Shown here: piece after piece, positions 7,292 through 15,301 of the stretch
Numbering within the stretch: position 1 is the first letter of the stretch
How the letters are laid out: each line of letters starts with the position of its first letter
Source of the DNA: Nitrospinota bacterium
GTDB taxonomy: Bacteria > UBA8248
Assembly (NCBI GenBank): GCA_046581755.1
Contig: JAYGFR010000118.1
Location: 1-23,407 of the forward strand
DNA length: 23,407 nt
Reading direction: 5' to 3'
Program-made: the position numbers and the translations under genes
Notes under the pieces: model-generated
What the model was told of the DNA's origin: nothing
What the model saw: only the letters and a program-made list of their open reading frames with translations
Databases searched by the model: none

Positions 7292-8681
7292 TCGGAAAAA
7301 AAGATCTGGCGCGCCCGGGCGGCTTTTGTTCATCGGCCCGTTATCGGTGGGGCGAAAAAAACTGCTCGACGATCTTCAGGAATCGGGGATGGAAACGGAT
7401 CGTGCCGCGAGCCTGGAGACCGGCGCGGGACGGCTCAAGCACTGCGATTTCGTCCTCTTCGCGGCCACCGATCGAAGCCAAATCGCCCAGTTGCGGACGG
7501 TCCGGGAGGCCGGAAAGACCCTGGCCCTGGTCCTTCGGCCCGAGGACAAGGTGCTGGCCCCCCTGGGGTTGAAGGCGGGCGCCCGCGCGGTGCTGGTGGA
7601 CGAAGTTCATCCGGACGAAGTGGTAAAGTTCGTTCATTCCCTCCACGAAGAGGGAATACTCCGGCGCGAGGTCCGGTGGCTCCGCAGCGAGATGCGCCAG
7701 AACGGGCGGAGGGGCACCATTCCCGGAACGAGCGCCCCGGCCGAGCGCCTGAACCTGGCCATCAAGCGGTCGGGAAAAAAATACCGGGTGATCCTCGTCC
7801 GCGGGGAAAAAGGGTCCAACTTTCTTCACGTGGCCCGGGTGATTCACCATCACTTTCCGGGCCTGCGCCATCCGCTCCTCCACCTGGAGGCCACCCAAAG
7901 ACCCGCCTCGTCCATGAACAAAGCCCTGGCCCGGCTGGAGCAGGGTCGCGGGGACGAAGGGGAGCTTCTTCGCCTGGGCGGGAGCCTGTTTATCGAGGAT
8001 GCCCAGTTTCTTTCCCCCGGATCGCAGAAAAAGCTCGCCGAGGTGGCCGCTCTCAAAGGCATCAGCCCCGATTTCCGGCTCATCCTGGGCCACACGCAGG
8101 ACCCGGAGCGCCTGTTCGAGGATGAATTTCTTCCCCTCCTCGAAAAAGACAAAAAAGCGCATGTGGTGCGCGTTCCTCCGCTTCGCGAGAGGCGCAAGGA
8201 CATTCCCCGCCTGGCCGAGGCCATTCTGGAAGAGCTGGCCGACCGCGTGGGCGGAGAGCGGCGGACCCTCACCCCCGCGGCGGTGGAGTTTCTTGCCTCG
8301 GATAAGTGGTGGGGAAACGAGGCGCAGCTCGAGATCGCTCTTTGGCGTGCCTATCTCCTGACCGACGGAAGAACCATTTCGGTGGACGATATGAAGCCCT
8401 CGTCAAAGAGCCGGAAAGTGAGCGACATCGAGGATTTCTTCCGCGATCGGCTGGCCTCGGTCGTGGCTTGCTTGCGGGACGGTCAAGAGAGCGATTTTTA
8501 CGCCCACACCATTCGAAGCGTGGAAAAGCCCCTTCTCGAACTCGTGCTCCACGAGAGCGGCGGCAATCAACTCAAGGCCGCCCGTCTCCTCGGGATGAAC
8601 CGCAACACGCTCCGGCGCCGCCTGAGCGAACTGGGTCTCGTCCGGCGGGTGCCGGCCCGCTCGCGTTCGCGGGAAAGGTAG
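7284..8681 (+). CDS. NtrC-like regulator (degenerate receiver, degenerate sigma54 AAA+, Fis HTH)
   Basis: VILVRGEKGS, GGSLFIED, PPLRERRKDIPRLA, WWGNEAQLE and the HTH GGNQLKAARLLGMNRNTLRRRL. GTG start at 7284 after GGGGAAGA. Confidence 0.85.
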   Translation: MADRKKRSGAPGRLLFIGPLSVGRKKLLDDLQESGMETDRAASLETGAGRLKHCDFVLFAATDRSQIAQLRTVREAGKTLALVLRPEDKVLAPLGLKAGARAVLVDEVHPDEVVKFVHSLHEEGILRREVRWLRSEMRQNGRRGTIPGTSAPAERLNLAIKRSGKKYRVILVRGEKGSNFLHVARVIHHHFPGLRHPLLHLEATQRPASSMNKALARLEQGRGDEGELLRLGGSLFIEDAQFLSPGSQKKLAEVAALKGISPDFRLILGHTQDPERLFEDEFLPLLEKDKKAHVVRVPPLRERRKDIPRLAEAILEELADRVGGERRTLTPAAVEFLASDKWWGNEAQLEIALWRAYLLTDGRTISVDDMKPSSKSRKVSDIEDFFRDRLASVVACLRDGQESDFYAHTIRSVEKPLLELVLHESGGNQLKAARLLGMNRNTLRRRLSELGLVRRVPARSRSRER

Positions 8682-8686
8682 GACGC

Positions 8687-9469
8687 GTGACCCAAGACGC
8701 AAACGCCCTTGCCGCGATTGTCCTCGCGGCGGGTAAGGGGCGGCGGATGAAATCCCCCTTGGCCAAGGTGCTTCACACCCTGGCCGGAAGGCCCCTTATC
8801 CATCATGCCGTCGAGGCGGCGCGCCGGGCCGGGGCGGCTCCGATTGCCGTCGTCGTCGGCCACCAGGCCGGTGCGGTGCGCGAGGCGTTCGCGGGCGATG
8901 AGGCGGATCTGTCGTTTCCCGTTCAGGCCGAACAGCTGGGCACCGGCCATGCGGCCTCGGTCGGCCTGGGGGCGCTCGAGGGCATGTCGGGAGATGTTCT
9001 CGTCCTTTGCGGGGACGTGCCCTTGCTGCGCGATGAGACGCTGGAGGCGCTCATACGGCGCCACCGCGAAAGCGAAGCGGCGGTGACGGTTTTAACCGCT
9101 CTCGTGGAGGCCCCCTCGGGATACGGCCGGGTGCTCCGGGAGGGAGGGCCTGGGGGCCGGGTGGCGGCCATCGTCGAGGAGACGGACGCGACCGGGGCGC
9201 AGCGCGCCGTGCGCGAAATCAACTCGGGCACCTATATCTTCGATCTCGCCTTCCTCGCCGGGGCCCTTCCCCGCATCCGGGCCGAAAACCGCCAGGGCGA
9301 ATATTATCTGCCCGATGCGGTTTCCATGGCGGTGGCCGAGAAAAAAGGGGCCGAGGCCCTTCCCGCCGGCCATCCCGAGGAGGCGTTGGGGGTCAACGAA
9401 CCCGGTGATTTGGCCCGGGCGGAGGCGATTTTGGCCGCCCGGGACGGCGCTTCCAGCCAGGCTCGCTAA
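8687..9469 (+). CDS. GlmU N-terminal domain only: putative monofunctional GlcNAc-1-phosphate uridylyltransferase
   Basis: LAAGKGRRMKSPLAKVLH, QAEQLGTGHA, CGDVPLL, GYGRV, IVEETDA, EINSGTY, NRQGEYYLPD and GVNE. It stops after the linker helix and has no hexapeptide repeats. Confidence 0.9.
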   Translation: MTQDANALAAIVLAAGKGRRMKSPLAKVLHTLAGRPLIHHAVEAARRAGAAPIAVVVGHQAGAVREAFAGDEADLSFPVQAEQLGTGHAASVGLGALEGMSGDVLVLCGDVPLLRDETLEALIRRHRESEAAVTVLTALVEAPSGYGRVLREGGPGGRVAAIVEETDATGAQRAVREINSGTYIFDLAFLAGALPRIRAENRQGEYYLPDAVSMAVAEKKGAEALPAGHPEEALGVNEPGDLARAEAILAARDGASSQAR

Positions 9470-9481
9470 TCAAGGCCGATT

Positions 9482-9490
9482 TGCTATAAT
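9482..9490 (+). promoter_or_regulatory. Consensus extended -10 promoter for the GlmU-like/glmS/glmM unit
   Basis: TGcTATAAT, 70 nt upstream of the GTG at 9560. Confidence 0.65.
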
Positions 9491-9559
9491 TCCGGCCGAT
9501 GACCGCCCTTAGTTGCATTTGTTGACGGAGGTGAACCTGGGCCTCCCAAGGATCCTTCC

Positions 9560-10765
9560 GTGAGAGCACTCGTTCTGGCGGCCGGCCGCGGCACCGGCCT
9601 CTACCCGTTCACAGACACCCGCCCGAAGGCCATGCTGCCGGTGGCCGGTGAAAAACTCCTGGAAAGCGCGCTCAGGAAGCTCCGCGCGGCCGGCGTGACG
9701 GATGTCGTCATGGTGGTGGGCCATTGCTGCGAGAATATCATCGACCATTTCTCCAGCGGCGCGGTCCAGGGGATGACCATTCAGTATGTCCGCCAGAACG
9801 AACCCACCGATATCGGGGACGCCGTCCGGCGCGCGCGGGACCACTTTCAGCCGGGCGAGGGGTTTCTCCTCGTGTATGCCGATGTGCTGACCTCGGGAAA
9901 TATCTACCGCCACGTCATTCAGACGTTCGGCTCCTTCAACCAGCCGGTGGCGGCCATCTGCCACACCCCCCAGGCGCAAAACTTCGGGACCGTCTACCTC
10001 GATGCCGACATGTGCATCAGCAGGCTTGTCGAAAAACCCAGCACCCGGGAGATGGGAAACTATGTTCTCGCCGGAGTCTTTGTGATGCCCTACGAGTTGT
10101 TCGATCTTCTCGAGGATCGGAGCATGGTGGATTCTCTCAACGAGGTCATCTCCTCGCCCGGCCTCCGCTCGGCCATCTGGGAGGAGTCATGGCTCGACGC
10201 GCAGCGCCCGTGGGATTTGCTCCGGGGCAACCGGATGGTCATGAGCACCTGGACCGAGGCGCGCGTGAGCGGGACCGTCCAGCTTCGGGGCGCGGTCCAG
10301 TTCCGGGGGCCGGTCTGGATCGAAGCGGATGTCGTCATCGAATCGGGCGCCTCGATTTTCGGGCCCTGCTTTATCGGAAGCGGCACTTTTATCGGCAACG
10401 GCGTCCTGATCCGGCCCAATACCTCGATCGGAGCGGGCTGCACGATCGGTTTCGGGGTCGAGTTGAAAAACTGCATCCTGCTCGATCAGGTGCGGGTGGG
10501 CCGCCTTTCTTATGTGGGCGACAGCGTAATCGGAGAAGGCGCCTATATCGGCTCGGGAACCGTGACCGTGAACCACAACCTGGATCGGTCCGATATCGTT
10601 TTGATGCTCCAGGACGGCGCGGTGAACTCGGACATGGACAAGCTGGGCTCGTTCATCGGCGATGGCGCCAACATCGGCGCCTCGAACACGCTGGCGGCGG
10701 GAGCGGTCGTCGCGGCGGGAGCGGTTGTCCCGCATCACCATACCTATCCCAGGGAGGGCGGCTGA
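9560..10765 (+). CDS. Archaeal-GlmU-type sugar-1-phosphate nucleotidyltransferase plus left-handed beta-helix protein with altered catalytic motifs
   Basis: LAAGRGTGLYPFTDTRPKAM, VEKP, WLDAQRPWDLL, hexapeptide repeats, VELKN, LSYVGDSVIGE and KLGSFIGD. Confidence 0.85.
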   Translation: MRALVLAAGRGTGLYPFTDTRPKAMLPVAGEKLLESALRKLRAAGVTDVVMVVGHCCENIIDHFSSGAVQGMTIQYVRQNEPTDIGDAVRRARDHFQPGEGFLLVYADVLTSGNIYRHVIQTFGSFNQPVAAICHTPQAQNFGTVYLDADMCISRLVEKPSTREMGNYVLAGVFVMPYELFDLLEDRSMVDSLNEVISSPGLRSAIWEESWLDAQRPWDLLRGNRMVMSTWTEARVSGTVQLRGAVQFRGPVWIEADVVIESGASIFGPCFIGSGTFIGNGVLIRPNTSIGAGCTIGFGVELKNCILLDQVRVGRLSYVGDSVIGEGAYIGSGTVTVNHNLDRSDIVLMLQDGAVNSDMDKLGSFIGDGANIGASNTLAAGAVVAAGAVVPHHHTYPREGG

Positions 10766-10766
10766 T

Positions 10767-12590
10767 ATGTGCGGCATCGCCGGCATGGTGGCCTCCTCGA
10801 ACGTGGCGCAAAGGCTGTACCGTTCCATCGCCGCCCTCGAGTACCGCGGATACGATTCGTGCGGGATGGCGGTTCAGGCCAACGGGACCATCGACGTGCG
10901 AAAGAACGTGGGCACGGTCGAGAAGGTCAATCAAAACGAGCGCTTCACGGACATGCAGGGATTGGCCGGGATCGCCCATACGCGGTGGGCGACGCACGGC
11001 CCGGTCACGCGCGAGAACGCGCACCCGCACATGGACGCCCAGGGCCGCGTCGCCGTCGTTCACAACGGAATTATCTCCAACTACCGCGAGCTCAGGGACC
11101 GGATGCGCAAATCGGGCATCGCTTTCGCCTCGGACACCGACACCGAGGTCATCGCCCATCTGGTCGGCGAGTATTTGGACAAATACGGCGACGATGTGGA
11201 AACGGCCTTCGTATCGGCCCTTCGGGATTTGGAGGGTACGTTTTCCCTGGCCGTCATTTCGACCAAATCCTCGGGCTATATCTACTGTGCCAAGCGCGAG
11301 AGCCCGCTCATCATCGGCCTGGGCGACGATGCCAACTATATCGGGTCGGATTTCAACGCCTTCATCGAGTTCACCCGGCAGGCGGTGATCATGGACGACG
11401 GCGAGTACGCCGTGGTCACCCGCCAGGGATACGCCGTCAAGGAGCTTTTGAGCCGGGAGTCCGTCAACAAGGAGGTTACCGAGATCGAGTGGGACATCGA
11501 GATGTCCCGCCGGGGCGGCTATCCCCATTACATGCTCAAGGAGATTTACGACCAGCCGGCGACGGTCAAGGCGGTCCTGACCATCCCCCGGACGGACCTG
11601 GCCACGCTGGCCGCCATGATTCATGATTCCCGCCATTGCTTTCTCGGCGGGGTGGGAACGACCTACTACATCGCTTGCATGGGACAGTATCTCTTCTCCC
11701 GTCTGGCGGGGCGCTACCTCTCCGCCATCAGCACGGACGAGTTTCCCCATCTGGCGCAGATCGGCCCCGAGGATTCCTTCCTCGCCATCAGCCAGTCGGG
11801 GGAGACCTACGACACCCTGAAGGCGATTCGCCATGCCAAAAAGAGCGGCGCGAAGACCGGCGCCATCGTCAACGTGATGGGTTCGAGCCTGATTCGAGCG
11901 GTGGATGTGCCGATCCTGCAAGGCTCGGGTCCCGAGATATGCGTCATCAGCACCAAGGCCGCCATGAGTCAGGCCGCCGTCCTTCTCTTGACCGCTCTCG
12001 AGTTGGGGAAAATCAATGGCCACCTCAGCGAGGAGCAGGTCCTTCGCTGCCGGGAGGAGGTCTCCTCCCTGTCGGGCGCGCTTTCCGAAGCGCTGAACGA
12101 GCGCTCCGGATTTTTTCACACCGCCGCGGATCGGCACCAGAACATGAAGAACTGGCTCTACCTGGGCCGGGGAATCTACTACCCGGCCGCCCTCGAGTGC
12201 GCCCTCAAGATGAAAGAGGTGACCTACATCCACGCCGAGGGGATGAGCGCCGGGTTCCTCAAGCACGGGACCATCTCGCTCATCGACGAGAACATGTACA
12301 CCATCGTTCTCATGCCCTCTCCCGAGGAGGAAGAGCTTCACGCCCTGACGCGAACGAGCGCCGAAGAGGTTCGCGCCCGTGGCGGTTTCGTCCTGGGCTT
12401 CTGGTTCGAGGACGACGACAAGGTGGAAGGCCTGTTCAACGAGGAGGTCGTACTGCCCCGCGTGTCGCCGCTCCTGGCGCCGTTTCTTCACCTGCTCGCC
12501 GGCCAGCTTTTCGCCTATTTCCTCGCTGTGCTACTCAAGCGGGATGTCGATCGCCCCCGCGCCCTGGCCAAATCGGTCACCGTCGCCTAG
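10767..12590 (+). CDS. glmS: Glutamine--fructose-6-phosphate aminotransferase (isomerizing)
   Basis: MCGI start, LEYRGYDS, HTRWATHG, HNGII, SDTDTEV, SQSGET, LKMKE...HAEG, KHG and LAKSVTV. Confidence 0.97.
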   Translation: MCGIAGMVASSNVAQRLYRSIAALEYRGYDSCGMAVQANGTIDVRKNVGTVEKVNQNERFTDMQGLAGIAHTRWATHGPVTRENAHPHMDAQGRVAVVHNGIISNYRELRDRMRKSGIAFASDTDTEVIAHLVGEYLDKYGDDVETAFVSALRDLEGTFSLAVISTKSSGYIYCAKRESPLIIGLGDDANYIGSDFNAFIEFTRQAVIMDDGEYAVVTRQGYAVKELLSRESVNKEVTEIEWDIEMSRRGGYPHYMLKEIYDQPATVKAVLTIPRTDLATLAAMIHDSRHCFLGGVGTTYYIACMGQYLFSRLAGRYLSAISTDEFPHLAQIGPEDSFLAISQSGETYDTLKAIRHAKKSGAKTGAIVNVMGSSLIRAVDVPILQGSGPEICVISTKAAMSQAAVLLLTALELGKINGHLSEEQVLRCREEVSSLSGALSEALNERSGFFHTAADRHQNMKNWLYLGRGIYYPAALECALKMKEVTYIHAEGMSAGFLKHGTISLIDENMYTIVLMPSPEEEELHALTRTSAEEVRARGGFVLGFWFEDDDKVEGLFNEEVVLPRVSPLLAPFLHLLAGQLFAYFLAVLLKRDVDRPRALAKSVTVA

Positions 12591-12611
12591 AAGGCGGATC
12601 ATTTTCTCGTC

Positions 12612-14519
12612 ATGTCAGAACCTCGGCTTCAGGGAACCGACGGCGTGCGCGGCTTGGCCGTGTCCCCGGACCATCCCCTGGCCAAAGGGCTGGATTCCCG
12701 GCGGGCCTATATCGAGCGCGGCGTCCTCACCGAAGTGTTCGCCGCGCACTATGCGTTCGCCGCCTCGCGATGGCTTCTGGAAAACGCGCCCGAAGATCTC
12801 ATCTCACCGGGTGCCATCGTCGTCGCCTGGGACCCGCGCGACACCGAGGGGCGCTTTTACGGGGCGGTAACGCGCGCCGTCGTCCGGGCCGGCGGGCATG
12901 CGCTGGTGACGGGAATCCTGCCCACTCCCGCCGCCGCGGTCTATATGGCCGGGGTGGGGGCTGCCGGAGCCATCGTTTTGACGGCCTCGCACAACCCGCC
13001 CGATCAGAACGGCATCAAGATTTTTTTAGGGCCTGGGGCCATGAAACCGCTGCCCGGAGACGATGACGCCCTGAGCGCCCGTATCTGGGACATCCCCTGG
13101 GCCGAGGTGGAGGGGGCGTTCGGTTCGGGAGAATGCTCGGACACCGCCTCGGAGGCGCGAGCGGTCTATTCGGGCTACATCCGCGAGCTTCCCAACTGTT
13201 GGCTGGACGAGGGGGAGCTGGCCGGGTGGGACATCGTTCTCGATACGGCGCGCGGCGCGTGGAGCGGGCTGGCGCGCGAAATCGTGGAGGAACTGGGTCC
13301 GGGGCGCCTCATCGAGGCCAGCCGTCTCGGGGATGGTCCCGTCAACGAAGGGGGCGGAGTCGTCGCTCTGGAGGGGCGGGAGGCTGTGAGTGGCGATGAG
13401 GAAGGACTCATCCAGTCCCATGCCGGGCTGCGCCGCCTGTTCGAGGCGGGAAGGGCGCGGGCCGAAAACCTCCGCGCGGGAGAGAGTTTCGCCGTCTGCG
13501 GCGTATTCGATGCCGATGGCGACCGCGCCTATACCCTGGTGTACGATCCCTTTGGCGATGCGGCGCTGGTCCTGGGGGGGGATGAGGCGGTAGTTCTTCA
13601 GGCGCGTTTTTTAAAATCGGCCGGAGAGTTGCCCGGGGATGGCATAGCGGCGCTGACGATCGAGAGCGACGCGGGGGCCGCCGGCGCCCTGGCTGAACTG
13701 GGGCTTCGCCTGGTGCATACGCCGGTGGGAGATAAATGGCTGCTTCGCGCCGCCGCCCGGAACGAGGGGTCCTTCGCCCTGGGCGGAGAGGAGTCGGGCC
13801 ATACGGTGGTGCCCGGCCGGTTTTCGGACGCCTATGGGCACTCACGCCTTCTGGCGGTGGGAGACGGCCTCAAAAGCTTTCTGAACACCTGCGCCGCAAT
13901 TCGCCTCCTGGCCGAGGGCGTGGAGCCACGGGCGGCATACGAGATGCTGGCCGCGCCGTTTTCACGCGGCGCCAAAATAACGCTCTATGCCTATCATGTG
14001 GACCGCCGACGCTTCGCCCCGGGCAGCGAGATTTGGGAAGCCGCCCGGAGCGCCCTGATCGAGGCCGCGGAATCCCTTCCCGGAGGGGCGGTTCCCCGCT
14101 GGTCGCCCCTCGAGGACGATCCGGAGGTGTTGTATCTGGCCCTGGACAGTCCGGACGGGGATCCGCTGGCGGCCATGTATGTGCGAAACTCGGGGACCGA
14201 GCGCAAGACGGGCGTCGTCCTGCGCGGGCCGCGCCGGTGGGGCGGCGATCTTCTGGCGGCGGGCGAGAGGGTGCTGCGCGCGATTCTGGTTCCCCTCAAG
14301 GATGAAAATGATCCCGCCGTCCGGGCCGAGGAGGCCCTTCTTCTCGGCTTGGCGGAGGGGGCGGGTGCCCCCGGGGCGGAGAAGGCGGATGTCCCCGGGG
14401 CGGAGGATGAGCGGATTCGCAAGGAAGCCCTGCGGGGCGGATTGATTTCACTGGATGGAGACGGCCTGGCCCTGACCGATTTAGGGCGCTGGTATCTCAA
14501 GGAGCGGAGAGGCGCATGA
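12612..14519 (+). CDS. glmM: Phosphoglucosamine mutase / alpha-D-phosphohexomutase, unusually long
   Basis: GTDGVRG, TASHNP (phospho-Ser), FDADGDR (metal loop), VGDKW, GGEESGH and RNSGTE. It lies directly after glmS. Confidence 0.8.
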   Translation: MSEPRLQGTDGVRGLAVSPDHPLAKGLDSRRAYIERGVLTEVFAAHYAFAASRWLLENAPEDLISPGAIVVAWDPRDTEGRFYGAVTRAVVRAGGHALVTGILPTPAAAVYMAGVGAAGAIVLTASHNPPDQNGIKIFLGPGAMKPLPGDDDALSARIWDIPWAEVEGAFGSGECSDTASEARAVYSGYIRELPNCWLDEGELAGWDIVLDTARGAWSGLAREIVEELGPGRLIEASRLGDGPVNEGGGVVALEGREAVSGDEEGLIQSHAGLRRLFEAGRARAENLRAGESFAVCGVFDADGDRAYTLVYDPFGDAALVLGGDEAVVLQARFLKSAGELPGDGIAALTIESDAGAAGALAELGLRLVHTPVGDKWLLRAAARNEGSFALGGEESGHTVVPGRFSDAYGHSRLLAVGDGLKSFLNTCAAIRLLAEGVEPRAAYEMLAAPFSRGAKITLYAYHVDRRRFAPGSEIWEAARSALIEAAESLPGGAVPRWSPLEDDPEVLYLALDSPDGDPLAAMYVRNSGTERKTGVVLRGPRRWGGDLLAAGERVLRAILVPLKDENDPAVRAEEALLLGLAEGAGAPGAEKADVPGAEDERIRKEALRGGLISLDGDGLALTDLGRWYLKERRGA

Positions 14520-15301
14520 TTTCCCCGAACGATTATTTTCCGCGCCTCGATGCGTTTCCCCATGCCGCGCTTTTTTCGGGGGCGGGGCCCGTATGGGAGG
14601 CCGTCGGCGCGCTGGAGGCCTATATCCGCGAGGCGATCGAATCCTCCGGCGCCCCCGAGGGCGGGGAGGCCGACCGCGCGGGGCTTCTCGTCGAGGAGGG
14701 TCTGATCTCGAGCCAGGGTCTTTTCGTGGCCGCGAAGACGTTTTTGATCGGGTGCGCCGGAATTTTGATCGAAAAAGGAGTGCGCATCGAGCCGGGCGCC
14801 GTGCTGAAAGGCCCCACGCTTCTTTGCGCGGGCGCCGAGATTCGCCATGGGGCCTACCTCCGGGGGAGCTGCCTGATCGGGCCCGGCGCCATCGTGGGCC
14901 ACGCCACCGAGGTCAAAAACGCCGCCTTCCTGAACCATGCCGAGGCCGGCCATTTCGCCTATGTGGGGGACAGCCTCCTCGGCGCGGATGCCAACCTGGG
15001 CGCGGGGACGAAACTGGCCAACCTCGAGTTCCGGACCGAGGATGAAAAGAGTGGCAAAAACGTGCGGTCCATCGTTATCCGCATCGACGGCAAGCCTGCC
15101 GATACCGGCCTGCGAAAATTCGGGGCCGTGGTCGGGGAGCACACCGAGATCGGCTGCAACGCAGTCACCTCGCCGGGGACCCTCCTGGGCCCCGGCTGCT
15201 GGATCACGCCCACCACCACCGTTCCCAAAGGCGTCTATCCGCCCTCCCATCTGATTCGCGGAGGGAAGGAGAAGCCCACCGTGGTTCCGCGCAAGCGATG
15301 A
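14516..15301 (+). CDS. Stand-alone hexapeptide-repeat acetyltransferase resembling the GlmU C-terminal domain (putative glucosamine-1-phosphate N-acetyltransferase)
   Basis: IRHGAYLRG, GHATEVKN, GHFAYVGDSLLG, NLGAGTKLAN and RKFGAVVG...IGCNAVTSPG. ATGA overlap with glmM. Confidence 0.8.
   Translation: MISPNDYFPRLDAFPHAALFSGAGPVWEAVGALEAYIREAIESSGAPEGGEADRAGLLVEEGLISSQGLFVAAKTFLIGCAGILIEKGVRIEPGAVLKGPTLLCAGAEIRHGAYLRGSCLIGPGAIVGHATEVKNAAFLNHAEAGHFAYVGDSLLGADANLGAGTKLANLEFRTEDEKSGKNVRSIVIRIDGKPADTGLRKFGAVVGEHTEIGCNAVTSPGTLLGPGCWITPTTTVPKGVYPPSHLIRGGKEKPTVVPRKR

Noticed and set aside
9491..9559. glmS ribozyme upstream of the glmS operon
   Set aside because: Only about 70 nt lie between the -10 and the start codon, and there is no recognisable ribozyme core, just a small GGAGG/CCTCC hairpin.
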